A DNA stretch of 64,000 nt, taken from Vicugna vicugna. Its lineage: Eukaryota. The stretch is taken from assembly GCA_013265495.1 (NCBI GenBank), contig MU058636.1, positions 6,793,741-6,857,740 on the forward strand. Reading direction: 5' to 3'. Below the pieces are notes generated by a model. It did not search any database, was not told the origin of the DNA, and worked only from the letters and a program-made list of their open reading frames with translations. Below are positions 51,601-64,000 of this stretch, piece after piece (position 1 is the stretch's first letter; every line of letters starts with the position of its first letter). The position numbers and the translations under genes are program-made.

Positions 51601-53534
51601 CATTTTATATTCCCGTCAACAATGTGTGAAGTTTCTTTTGTTCTGCATTCTTGTCAACACTTGGTATTGTCAAATATTTTAATTTAAAACTTTGTACTTT
51701 AAACTTTGCTTCATAATCATATCTCATTTGGTTTTATTTTCCATTTTCCTAATGATTAAAGATGAATGTTTCTTTAATGTGTTAATGTACTGTTGAAATC
51801 TTTTGCTTTTTTTCTTTTAAATAAGGTTGTTCTCTTATAAAATGTAAGCATTCTTTATGTGTCCTGAATATATGTCCTTTGTCAGGTATTCCATTCCGAG
51901 GCTTTATTTCTATTTTGTTTAAAGTGTTAAGAACAGGAAGATTCTAATTTTGACCAAGTCCATTGTTTCGAAGAGTCTTTTCATTTATGGTTTGTGAACT
52001 TATGTCTTAAGAAAACTTTACGTACCCCCAGATCATAAAGATGTTCTTCTATATTTTTTCCTAAAATCTTTGTAGTTTTAACTTTTATGATTAGGCCTGT
52101 GATCCATTTTCACTTAATTTTGGTGTGTATGATGAGGTAAAGTTTGGGGTTTATTTTAATCAGTATGTATACCAGTGTTTCAACTCCTCTGAATTATCTT
52201 CGCACATTAGTTTAAAATCAATTGACCGTCTTTGTGTAGACCTGTTGCTGGACTCCATACTATTTCGTGATCTATGTGGATGTTCTTATGCCAATACTCC
52301 ACTGACTTTATTATTATAGCTGATAGCGTATCTTGAAGTCAGGTGGAATAAGCCCTCTAACTCTGTTCTTTTTTACAATTGCTTTGACTTTTCTAGATAA
52401 TTTGCATTTTTATATAAACTTTAGAATTGGCTTGACAATTTTTTAAAAAATAAATCTTGTTGAAATTTTAATTAAGATTATATTGAATCTTTAATTAAAT
52501 TTAGGGAGATTTGATATCTTAATAATAGTGAGTCTTCCAATCTACAAACATTGTAACTCCATTCATTAAGATTCTTAATTTCTTTCAGCAGCTCATTATA
52601 ACTTTCACTGTAATGGTCTTGTGCTTAGTTTTGTCTTTTTTAATTTTTTTTTTCATCTCTTTGATGATTCTCTAAATTCAGCATTTTACTTGGAAGCCAA
52701 ACAGAAATGAGTAAATTCTGTATGTTTCCACTTGTATAAAATGATAAAATATGCCAATAAATTTTTCTTAACAGAGAGCATATTGAGGACTGCCTGTGTC
52801 AATTATATCTCAGTAGAACTGAGAAAAAAGGAAAGATTTTAATCATGTGTTTTTAGTATATAGAAAGATATTATATAGAAAGACAATTGACTTATGTATA
52901 TTGATTTTATATCTTGCAACTTTGCTTAATCCACCTAATTTTAGTAGCCATTGTAGATCGTGCCAAAAGCTATGACTTGGTAGACTTTTCTCAACTCATA
53001 CTAATATTATCTAGTGAAAGATAATGTTACTTGTAGCTTTAGTGTCACTTATCCTTAAATGTTTGAGAGTTCACCATTGGAGCCATCTTCTTCCTGGAAT
53101 TTTTTTACTGGAGAAGTTTTAGAAATTAAAATTTTTTAATGGATAAGTGATCATTCAGATTTTCTTTTTTCTTTTTTTGCATCAGTTTTGGTCATTTGTG
53201 ATTTCTTGGATTTCAGCCATTTTATCTAAGTTGTTAGATTTATTGCCATAAAATTTTTCATAATTTTTTTACTTTAAAATGCTTGTAGGATATCTAATGG
53301 TGTTCCCTCTTTCATTCCTGATTTTGTTCATTTATGCCTTTTCTCATTTTAGCATTATTAGAATAACTATTGATTTTTCAGTGTTATAATTTCCCCTCCA
53401 GAAATTAGGTGTTGGTTTCATTAAATTTTTTTTTCTGTTTTCTATTACATTGAATTCTGCTCTTTTTATTTCCTTTTAGTTATTTCAGTTTTACTTGATT
53501 TTCTCTTTCTAGATTCTTAGAGAGAAACTTAGAT

Positions 53535-53771
53535 CAAGATTCTACAAACAGCAGCCCAGGGATCAAATCTGCTTGCCATCATAAACTTTATATGTAAGCT
53601 TTTTGTAAATAAATTTTTATTGGAATACAGTCACATCATTTGTTTATATATTGCCTGTGACTGCTCTCACATTACAATGGCAGAGTTAAGTGTTACAACA
53701 GAGATAGTATGGCCTAAAATCATAAAATATTTAGTATCATACCCTTTATAGAAAACATTTGCCAATCCTTG
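53535..53771. mobile_element. MER58-like hAT DNA transposon inserted in L1
   Basis: tttgtaaataaatttttattggaatacagtcac...acaatggcagagttaagt...aaaatattta...tttgccaatccttg, flanked by a probable 8-bp TSD CTTAGATC/ATTAGATC. Confidence 0.75.
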
Positions 53772-56546
53772 ATTAGATCTTTGATTTTAGATTTATTCTT
53801 TTCTATTAGGAGCATTTAAATCCATAAGTTTTCTACTAAGCACTGTTTTAGCTGTGTTTCACAAATTTAGTTATATTGTTTTTAATTCTCATTTAGTATT
53901 TTTTCTGTTTCTCTACAATTTCTTCTTTGATCCCTAAGTATTCCAAAGCTGCATTTTGAGATTGACCTTTCTCAGTATAATGCCATGAGACTCATCCGAG
54001 TGTTGTGTGTATTAATGTGTTGTTCCTTTTGTATTTCTGAGTAGCATTTCATGGTATGGATGTATGGCAGTCTGTTTAATCATTCACCCACTAAGGGACA
54101 TTCAGATTTTTTCCAGTTTTTAGCTCTTACCAAAAAAAGCTGCAATAAACGCTTGTTTATGTGAACGTAAGTTTTCATTTCTCTGGGATAAATGCCCAGG
54201 AGTGAAATTACTGGGCTTATATGGTAAGTACCTATTTAGTTTTATAAAAAAAAACTCCCACCAGCAATGAATGAATAGTCCAGTTTCTCCTCATTTTTGC
54301 CAGCATTTGGTGCTGTCTTTTTTTTTTAAGGCCATTCTGGTAGGTATGCAGTGATATCTCATCGTGGTCTTCATTTGCGATTCCTAATGGATGATTCTGA
54401 ACATCTTTTTGTGTGCTTATTTGCCATTAGTATGTTCTCTTCAGTGAATGTCTGCTTATGTCTTTTTCTCATTTTATAATTAGATTGCTTTTTAACTTTG
54501 AGCCTTGAGAATTCAGTATTTTAAGTACAGGTCCTTTTTCAGAATTGCTGTTTCCAAGTATTTGCTCCAAGACTGTAGCCTGTGTGTTTCTTCCTTTTAA
54601 TAGAGTCTTTGGCAGAGGAAGACTTTGCATTTTTGTTGTAATGTAACTTATCATGGTGTCATGTCTGAGAACTCTTCACCTCACCCTGAGTCCTGAAGAT
54701 TTTCTCCTATGTCATCTGCAGAGTTCTGTGGTTTCATTAGTAGTTTAAAGTCAAGGTTCCATTTTGAGCTAATTTTTATGTAAGGTGTGAGGTTTAAGTC
54801 CAGGTTTACTTTTTTGCCTTTCAGTGTACAGTTGCTGCAGTACCGTTTGTTCAAAAGACTATTCTTCTTCATGAAGTATATTTAAGATCTTTTAAGGCAG
54901 ACGTAGGGTGGCCTTTCTTCTTGGGCTAATTTTGCCACACCGAGAAAGTGTGCCGAATTTCTCCTGAATGCTCAGTGTATCTAACGAGGCCTCTCTTTTT
55001 TGGCCAGAGGGAACACAGACAATTCTTGACCCTGCGTGAGATGCAGATGTCTGTTACAACTTCTCCAAAATTGTTCTTTCCTCAGAAGTTGTTTTATTCC
55101 CCCCTTAGGACCTTTCAGGTATCACATACATAGATTGTTATTGAGCCAAAAATTACTAGAACTGTTTCTCTCCCCGTAGCGCCTTCCTCTTGGGTACTGT
55201 ATCTCCAAATTCTATTCACCCTGGCCTGCTTGAACTACAGTTTTAGTCTTGTTGACTCAGAAAGGTTGCTGGATTCTGTATCTGCCCTAATATGCGAAAT
55301 GCCTCAGGTAGAAAATCTTAGTGATGGTGGAACTCACCTCATTTGTTTCTCTTTCCTTGGAATTTGTGATATTTTACTGAGTGTTTTATATGAAAATAGT
55401 TGTTCTTGTTATTTTGTACAATTTTCTAGTTGTTAGCACAGTAGGTAATTCTAGACCATCTTACCCCGTCAAGGTGAAAAGTGGAATTTGATATTTTTTA
55501 ATGTTACAAATTTTTATTTTATAAATTTCATTTTTCATTGTTTGCTGGTATATATAATTCATTTCAATATATTGGGCTCATATCCTGAAACCTTTAACTG
55601 CTTATTGTTCCTAACTTACCTATAATACTTTCTAAATAAACATGTATGTAGACAGTTAGTTATTTGCTCTGTGAATATTGACAGTTAAATCGCCCATTAC
55701 ACAAATCCTTGTACCTTTTTATTTCTTTTTGCTGACTTAAAGTATCGCCTAGTACCTCCAATACAATTTTCTATAGAAGTGGTTAGAACGGCATTCTTTT
55801 CTTCATCTCAGATGGAAAGCTTTGAACATTTTATCATTATCTATGATGCTTCCTGTCTACTGACTAGAGATATTTTTTTGTCAAATGTAATAATTCTCAT
55901 GTTCTTATAATAAACTGAGTTGCAGTCATTATGGGTATTGAATTTTATCTCTTTTTTGTGAGGGTCACGGAGATGCCATGTGGTTTTTCACCTTTTTCTG
56001 CTAACATGACCTATGATACTGACTTTTTTAAAAATGCTAAACAAACCTTTAATTCCTGGAAGAAATCCAGTTTCTTTGTGATATAAAATCTGTTTTATCT
56101 TGTGAAGAGCTCATGTGAGATTAGTGGGTTTTTTTGTTTGTTTTTGTTTGTTTTTTCCTAAACTTCTTGGTAGAGTTCACATGCAAAGACATCTGATCCT
56201 GAATTTCCTCTTTGAGAAAAGTTTTTGAATTAAAATGTCAATTTAAGAGTTACAGATCTCCTCAGATTTTGTTTTTGTCTTGTATCAGTTTTGGTAGATT
56301 CTATTGGCATGAAGTAGCTTATAATATTCTCTTCTTCTTTTAACATTCATATTATCTGAAAGAAAGTCCCTCCTTTATATTCCTGATATTTATTATGTCT
56401 CCTTCCTCCCTCCCTTCCTTCTCCCTTCCTTCCTTCTAATTCTTGGCAGTGACTAATCAATTTTATTCATATTGCCATTAAGAAACAAACATTCACTAGA
56501 GCCATTGTTAGGTTGAAGGCTATACCTTATTATCTTTTCCTTAGTG

Positions 56547-57108
56547 CAGTGGATCTTAAACATCAGCATGCAGCAAAGTTACATAGGTTTGTTAAAACAA
56601 ATTGCTAGGTCCCACTCCCAGAGTTCTGACTCAGTGAATCTCCTGAGTCTTGAGAAGGCCCACAATATGCAGTCAGCACCTAGAGACCCAGGAAAGGCAA
56701 TATGTAGTTCCAGTTAAAGATCTGAGAATCAGGAAAAGTTGGTGTAAGTTCCAGTCTGAAATCTGGCAGGCGCAGGACCCAGGAAGACCTGATGTTTCAT
56801 CTGAATCTGAAGGCTGGCAAAGACCAACTATTAGACAGAAGGAGTTCCCTCTTACCCAGCCTTTTGTTCTGTTCGTGCCTTCAGTTGAATGCATGAGGCA
56901 CATCCACATTAGGGAGGGCAGTCTGCTTTCTCAGTCTACCCACTCAAATGTTAATCTCATCCAGAAACACCCTAACAGACACACTCAGGATAATATTTAA
57001 TCAGATATCTGGGCACCCTGTTGTCAGTCAAGTTGGCACATAAAATTAACCGTTACACTAAGTGATCCTGGTGCTCCTGATTTGGGGAACACACTTAGAG
57101 AAATAATG
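56547..57108. mobile_element. MER5A-like hAT element split by an MLT2 LTR
   Basis: Left half cagtggatcttaaac...ttgctaggtcccactcccagagttctgactcagt (56547-56640); right half gtgatcctggtgctcctgatttggggaacacacttagagaa (57060-57108). Confidence 0.65.
56650..57057 (-). mobile_element. MLT2-family (ERVL) LTR
   Basis: The reverse complement of the right end reads TGTAACGGTTAATTTTATGTGCCAACTTGACT, like the MLT2 5' terminus. Internal tcaaatgttaatctcatccagaaacacc also fits. Confidence 0.8.
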
Positions 57109-60100
57109 TTTTAAGTGATCATCTTCTAGAGTGCAACATTAATTCTTGATTTGTATAAGTCCTCTTCCCAGGCACTGCATGGGTCTTAGTATGGTTTAAC
57201 TTCATTTAGTCCAGATTTTGCAAACACACTCGTCGTACATACGTATATATGCGTGTGTGCATGTAAAATTTTAAATGCCACGAGAGAGTGTGGTTACTGT
57301 TTTATTGGTTAACATGTGTTTAGATTTACCCAAATATTTATCATTTTTTGTTGCTCATTATTCCTTTTTGAATGTCTGACTTCCATCTGCTATCATTTTC
57401 CTTCTTTTTGAAGAACACCATTAGTATTTTATTTAGCCTGCCACTCATGAATTCTCTCAGTTCTTACTTGGCTAAAAATCTTTGAAATCACCTCTATTTT
57501 TTGAAGGATGTTTTGAACCAATATAGTGTATAGGTTTGCAGATACTTCTTTTAGTACTTTGAAGATATTATTTAGTTTCTTTTGCCTTTCATTTCTTCTG
57601 GTGCTTTCTTTCCTTTTTTGCCTTTTTTTTTTTTTAAACAAAGGTGACTTCTAGTCTTATTGCTGTTTCTGTGTTCCTCTCCTGCCTTTTCTAGCCCTGC
57701 TACCTGTTTTTAAGATTTTCTCTGTCTTTGGTGTTTAGCAGTCTTACTATGATACACTCAGGCTCTTTGATTTTTCTTTGTATTTATCCAGCTTGGGATA
57801 TGTAGAGCTTTTCATTTTTGAAATTTGATGACTTTCATCAGTGGCTGGAAAATTCTTAGCCATTATCTCTTCTAATATTGCTTCAGAACCAGTCTATACT
57901 TTTCTGGGACTTTAATTACACAAATATTAGACACTCTTTGTATTTCTCATCTATCTATCTATATTCTCTCTCCAGTATTCTAGTATTTACTTTTAACCTT
58001 AGTCCACTTCACTGATTCTGTTTTTAGCTGCTTCTAATCTTCTGAGTTTTTAATTTCAGTTTTTGTGTAAGTATTGGAATTTACATTTGATTTTTTATTA
58101 TAATATTCTCTTCCAGTTTTCTGTATTGTCTTTAACTTTCATATATATATATATAAAATCTCATATATGTATGAGATAGAGATATTTTAGTCTTTGTTTC
58201 ATTATTTGGCTTCTCTTAGGCCTACCTCAGTGATTTTGTGTTTCTCTTGATGTTCAGTAATATATTCTTGTCTTCTTTAATATCTTTTGCTTTTATTACA
58301 GTGTGAACAGCCTAGTATATGAAAGATGTTAAAGGTAAAAAATGGTGGCTTTTTCCCCCCAGAAAAAAAATTTGCATTTGCTTTTGGTAGGCAGTAGCAA
58401 TCCTGGATGACCATAATGCAGTCAAAGTTATACGGCTGGTCTTTTTCTGGTTCATCATTACTTTAGGGTGTAGTTCTACAGAGTTACAACTTGAATCACA
58501 GTGGTTTTTCTAAGCTTTCCTCCCTTTTAGTAAACCTTAAATGTCAGTTTTTTGCCATAAGTTTGTTAAAATTTTTTTTCCAACTGCTTAGTCATTGAAC
58601 TGCTTCTTCCAATGTCCATATGAGAAAAGTGGCTCAAATAACCAAATCACCTCTTTAGGACTTCTTCTCTGTAAAGATCAATTGATCTTTGTCTTAACTC
58701 TCCACTGTCCTCAGAGATATGTTTTAGTTTGGGTTTTTTTTTTTATCCAGCTTTCTTAGTTGTTGTTAGCAGGAGAATCAACCTATTCCTGAAGGTGGCA
58801 ATCCAAATTATTTTATATAGCTAGCTTGCTTACCATCCTATATTTGTATAGGCATTGAAATGCTTAGTTTTATAAATCACTTCTTTCAACTGAACTCTCA
58901 GATCTATTTACTCTGTCCTTTAATTACATCATGGGAAAACTTAGTTTTCTTATAATTTTTAAGTTATAAATAATTTGTCAAATGTAATGTAACTCCTAAT
59001 ATCTCATCCAGTTAAACTTCTTCATCCCCTTACTCTGTAAGGAGGGTCCTAAATAAAAGAATTATTTTTTTTTCCATAATTCTAAAGTAATAATTCTAAA
59101 ATAAAAATAATCAGCAATTGGATGTGAAACATGCTTTTAAAGGAGATTCATTTAGAAAACAGGAGACAAAAATCTTACTTTTTTTCCTATTCATTCATGT
59201 ATTTGCAATTGCCTTGGCCTTGGATATGTATCAAGGTCAGTTACATTTGGTAAAATTCGATAATACTTGCAGCCATGAATTTTCATATATTTTTCCTCTC
59301 ATGGATTATTTATATTTTTATTCATATAAATTTCTTAGAATATCTAAATCTTTCTAATTGTGACTTCCTTAATATCAGTAAAAGCCAATACATAATTGTG
59401 TTTTTTAAACCAAAATAATAAACTCTTGTGTTTTAAGTTATATTGTTTTAATCCACAGATTGCAGCTATAGGATTTTATCTAAAGCATTATTATTTCCTT
59501 TGAGTGTTTTGTTTTCCTTTCATTGGTCATTTTGTTAGAGTGGTTGATAAATTTCCCAAGTTGTAACTGTAATTTTGTTCATGGAAATAAATAACTCTTT
59601 CTTAAAAGAATTTGCATTTACTATCAAGAAAAATAGCCAAAGTCAAAATAGTGTCGTAATTATAATTAGTGTTACTGAAAGGAACGAGAAAGAATAGAGG
59701 AGGAAGAGAGGAATGAGTCACTTGAGAGAATGCACTTCTGCCTAGAGTTGAGAAATTCTCTATTTAGGCACCAAGAACTTTTCAGAATATTAAGAAGTTA
59801 CTAGACAGAGTGTTAGGATTATAAACTTCACTTGAGACTATGTAGGGCAAATTCTCCATCTTGTCTACCTTTGTATTACTTCTCTGCACAAAATGTCTTA
59901 GACTAAGTTAATGTTTTTTGAATAAATGAAAACTTTCAAATAACTGAGAAATTAATTTAATAAATTAGTTTTACACTGTGTGTTTATTTTAAATGAGAAC
60001 TGAATTAGCAATACAGGCATAGTATGCTTTTTTTTTTGTAATTGGTGGTTATTTGCCAGGTGAGAGAGGAGGATATAAAGCTAAGATTTATGTTTATATC

Positions 60101-60903
60101 ATTTCTTTTGAGAATTTAAATTGTATAAGAATGAAGATCACATACTTTATACAAATTTACTTTAAAACACATTTTGAGGAATCTATACGTCCATTTTCTT
60201 CACTGTAAAAAAGTAGCAACAAAACTTTTCTGTTTAGAATATTTTTGTTGTTTGATGGAGAAATCTAGCAGTATTATTTGATAATGATTTTTGTATTTAA
60301 AACTTTTGATGTCTTGCTGGTTAAAATGTTACATTTTTGCCCTTTATTAGAATATTTAAATTATAGTTGCAGAATGCTGTGTAAGAGCATCATTTAGTGC
60401 TCTATTACATTTTATAAGAAAAGAGCTGTAAAATATCTTATAGGGATTCACTCACTGAGAAATGTCTGTTTTGGTCCATTACTCTTGAGTAAAGGTAATC
60501 AGTAAATATTTACATATACACATGTAATTAGTTGAATAGATTAATTAAAGTTTCTATTTAATTTAAATTTAATCTCCAAGAACAGTATTTACACAATTCT
60601 GAAGCCTCTAAATTGTACAGAAACCTGTAAAATATGGAAAAATCTTAAACTAGGGAAAATGCTTCTGGCTTTAATTAGATAGTAGTGTGTATTACAATCC
60701 AGTAGTATAACTAGGATTACTTAAGCTGAGAAGCTTGATCAGACATGATCCTGGAAATTAGAAGGAATGAATGAAATAATGAATCTAAAAAGGAAGTTAT
60801 CTGTATTCACTAAAATTCAGAGCTAACTCATTATGATGATGCTTATGACTTCAGGTATCTTTTCCTTTGCTAGCTCTTTTATTACAACTTATTAGTAGTG
60901 GAA

Positions 60904-61055
60904 ACAGTTTTTTCTCAAGTTGTGTTTCTTGGATCAGCAGTATCGGAAGTGCATACTCCATCAGTATACCCCGACCTGCCGAACCTCAGAGGCTGGGGTC
61001 CTAGCAGTTTGGGGTTAAACAAGTCTTGCAGGTGATGCTGAGGGCTGAGAACCAT
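60904..61055. mobile_element. MER5A-like hAT element
   Basis: cagtttttctcaag...gatcagcagtatc...aaacaagtcttgcaggtgatgctga...tgagaaccatt. Confidence 0.65.
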
Positions 61056-62509
61056 TACCTTAATGTAGGTTTCTTGCTGGAAGTGTAACAGAGTGGGAGA
61101 GGGTATTGCAAGTCTGCAAAGGCCTACCCAGTTCCCTTTTTCTTGCCTAATAAAATTCCTCCAGAATATTCTTTTTAAGTGTTTGTGGAAGTTCCTAAAC
61201 TTCAATTTCCTTTTTGAGTTCTTTCTCTAATGCTGTTGACCCAGATGAAGTAGACAAATTGAAGTGCTAATGCTGAGGCTTTGTGTGCACAAAGGATTTA
61301 GATCATGCTGTTTCCAAGTTAGGAAAGAAGGTACCCTAGATTATTCCCTAATCCCTATTTAATCACTTTAAAAACATGGAATAGTTTAGTTTTAAATATT
61401 AGTCTTATATTGCAAATTATTCTGTGATTAATTGCCTTTTTGTCATTTATGTTTTCCTCATATATAACAAAAATGTTACTTAGCATTGTTGCAGAACTTT
61501 TATGTTGAAGTGTTTAATTCCTGACTATATTGTCTTCTGTGTAGAAGAATGTGTGCTCGTCTAAGATTATTATATTGATTTTGTTTCTGTTTAAATATAT
61601 CAGAGTCACGTTTTGTAAGAGTAAATATAGATTTGTTTTATTCAAAGTAGCAGTTACAAGAGCTATCACTGTTGACGTCTCACTGTGTGCCAGGTAGTTT
61701 CCTATGCACTTGACCACCTTAGCTCATTAACCCTCACCAGGAAGGTACTATTATCATCTTCCTTTTGCAGGCATAGGAAGCTGATTTTCCCAAGGTCATC
61801 TAGGTAGCACATGACAGATCAAGCATTCCAGAGTGAGCAGTCTTACTCTAAAGTACTTACTTCTAACAGAGACAGTTAGATGTTACCAAATTACTTATTT
61901 GAGCAGAATTATTTTCTCTATCCATGCTTTTACTTTTACATCTACTACTTGAGGTACTTTCAAGAATGTCATATATGTAAGGCCATATAACCTGAAATTT
62001 GATATTCAACAATGTAAATAATGATGCAGTGGTTGGTAAATAAAAGTAAGTGGGCTTATGAGATAGAAAATGCCTACTTCGGCAAAGTAATTTGACTGTA
62101 TCAAACTGAATTCCAGTTATTCCCTTATTTGTCCTGCAAGGAAATTTTCAGGGAACTCTTGAGGACAAGAGCTAATTCTTTGTAACTTGCACAGTGACTT
62201 GAGTAGTAAGTGGGTAGAAGGATGTACAAGGTCTTCTTTTCTTGAGTTACGGACAGAATCTGTGGCCCTTGTGGGTAACAGGCTCCCGATTCCTTTTCAC
62301 AGGATAATCATTGTGATTTAACTGCAGTCCTTTGAGTAGTCTTATGACTGATGTGAATCTGAACAGTGTCCCTTCTACATGAAGCTATTATTATTCATTG
62401 GATTAGAACTGGACATTTATGATTTTTAAAGGGTTTAATTTAGAAGTAAAGTTTATTTGATTTTTTTATGGAACCATATTTACTAGTCTTTATGTCTTAA
62501 TTTCAACAG

Positions 62510-62637
62510 CATCACTGCAAAACTTGAAAGAGCTTTAGAAAAAGTTGCTCCTCTTCTTCGTGAAATTTTTGTAGACTTTGCCCCATTCCTATCTCGTACA
62601 CTTCTTGGCAGTCATGGACAAGAGCTATTGATAGAAG
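62510..62637 (+). CDS. NBEA: NBEA exon, [20 protein letters not shown]...SHGQELLIE(G), 128 nt
   Basis: Acceptor tttcaaCAG|C and donor AAG|GTATGA. Phase 2 to 1. Confidence 0.95.
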
Positions 62638-63449
62638 GTATGATTTCTCTCTCTATTCTAATTATTTTAGTTTCCTATAATGTATCTATTAATCATGGCA
62701 TAACTTGTGCTACTAGAGGAATATGTATTGCCGAAAGAATATAAAGACATTGCTTCCACAAATTCCAGTAACATATACATATATGCTTTCTCCTTATTCA
62801 TTTTTTAAAAATAGCATATTTGCACAGTCATTGCTAATAACAGAATGAAGAACTTTGAACAAGTGTTGGAATGGGAAGCTCTGGCCCTTGTAATCCCAGT
62901 CTGTTAGGTGGGCTATATATCCTTCATTGGGGTGGCATGTTTACTAAGCAGTGATCTCTAAACTAACTTAAGAACCATGCATCTTTAAGTGACTTTTCTT
63001 ATTCACACATAACTCGTGTAATGTGAGAATCCTTAACTGAGAGCATGTAAAGAAATACTGATCTGGGAATTGATGAAACTGTTATCCTCCACTCAATAGC
63101 AGCTTAAATGGAGTGAGAAGGCAAAGAAGATAAATTAACTGTTGTGAAGATTTAATATATACACCTGTATTAGGAGCTTCGAAAATGATTATCTGAAGCC
63201 TTATTTCTTTAAAAAGAAGTTTTGTTTTATAAATAATCATGAGCTTCAGAAAGGGGTGATCACTATCTAGATGATCCTGTAAGTAATGGCTTTAGGTGCC
63301 ATTCCTTGGATTTAGCAGCCTTATATATATATATATATGTATGTATTTTTTGTTTTTCACTTCCTATTTACTGTAGAAATTTTTCTGTGTCTGTTCTTTT
63401 ATTTTCTCAACTGCTTTTACAAATATGTTTCTGTTAGGGGAGACAATAA

Positions 63450-63650
63450 TAATGAATAACCTGAATTTAAATCCCTGTTACATTACTTTCTTAGTTCTAG
63501 AATTTTGTGAGTTACTTAGCCATTTTGTAGCTTAGTTTCTAGTAAGATATGTCAATGATAATACCTCCCTCCAAGGGTTCTTGTGAGGATTAAATGGTAT
63601 AATACATAGAAAGCTCTTAGAACAGTGACACATGGTGGGCTATCCATTTT
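63450..63650 (+). mobile_element. MIR SINE
   Basis: tgaatttaaatccc...agttacttagcc...agggttcttgtgaggattaaatg...aaagctcttagaacagtg. Confidence 0.8.
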
Positions 63651-64000
63651 TTTAATACTGTGTTTCTGCTCCAGGCCAAGCACTATCTTAGCTACTTGGA
63701 ATATATTAGTAAATAACAAAGATCCCTGCCTTGGGAACCTTATATTCTATCAGAGACCGTAAACAAACATCAAGCAAAATAAATAATTAAATTATATAGC
63801 ATGTTAGAAGATGATAAATGCTAGGTAAAAGGATAAGTAAAACACAGGGGATTATAGAAATGGCAGGGTTGGTGATTAATTTTAAATAAACCAATAGTAA
63901 AAGTTACATCTCAGCAAAGACTTAAAGGAAGTGAGCCATACAGCTTACTAGAAGACCAAGAGGGTGGTTACTGCAGTGACTCTATAGCATGCGCTACCTT
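63650..64000 (-). mobile_element. L2 LINE 3' fragment
   Basis: ccaggccaagcact...aaataacaaagatccctgcctt.gggaaccttatattcta...agcaaagacttaaaggaagtgag. Confidence 0.65.

Larger units (their letters stand above)
49290..58790 (-). mobile_element. ~9.5-kb cluster of degenerate, nested antisense L1M fragments
   Basis: T-rich + strand with several separate L1 3'-end signatures (about 49320, 51090, 53960: accaccacaatcaagat.tagaa, ggagtggaattgctg, ttttagccatt). No intact ORFs. Confidence 0.8.
1..62637 (+). other. NBEA: Neurobeachin gene, internal portion (13 coding exons visible; gene extends beyond both window ends)
   Basis: Spliced translation matches recalled mammalian neurobeachin (e.g. [69 protein letters not shown]). 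Exon phases chain without frameshift. Confidence 0.97.

Noticed and set aside
56650..57000. 116-aa ORF
   Set aside because: Lies entirely within an MLT2 LTR; chance ORF.

Overview
AT-rich placental-mammal genomic DNA covering an internal stretch of the neurobeachin gene (NBEA) on the + strand. I traced 13 coding exons: the first is truncated by the window start and the gene continues past the end. All junctions are GT-AG, phases are compatible, and they join into one open frame of about 851 codons (DLSPETLVGG...SHGQELLIE). This includes a 9-nt GSK microexon at 10511-10519 that the ORF track cannot show, and a frame-symmetric 96-nt exon preceded by RBFOX- and NOVA-type motifs. The introns hold ancient repeats (MIR, L2, L1M, MLT1/MLT2 LTRs, MER5A, MER58), two tiny L1-type 3'-end insertions with target-site duplications, local tandem duplications, and two repeat-free, motif-dense blocks that may be enhancers. 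No Alu or B1 SINEs were seen; a laurasiatherian host, possibly a camelid, is only an inference. I found no prokaryote-style or clearly novel system. The best candidates are splicing-regulatory and cis-regulatory elements. Repeat family names and boundaries are by-eye recollections of consensus sequences, not alignments.
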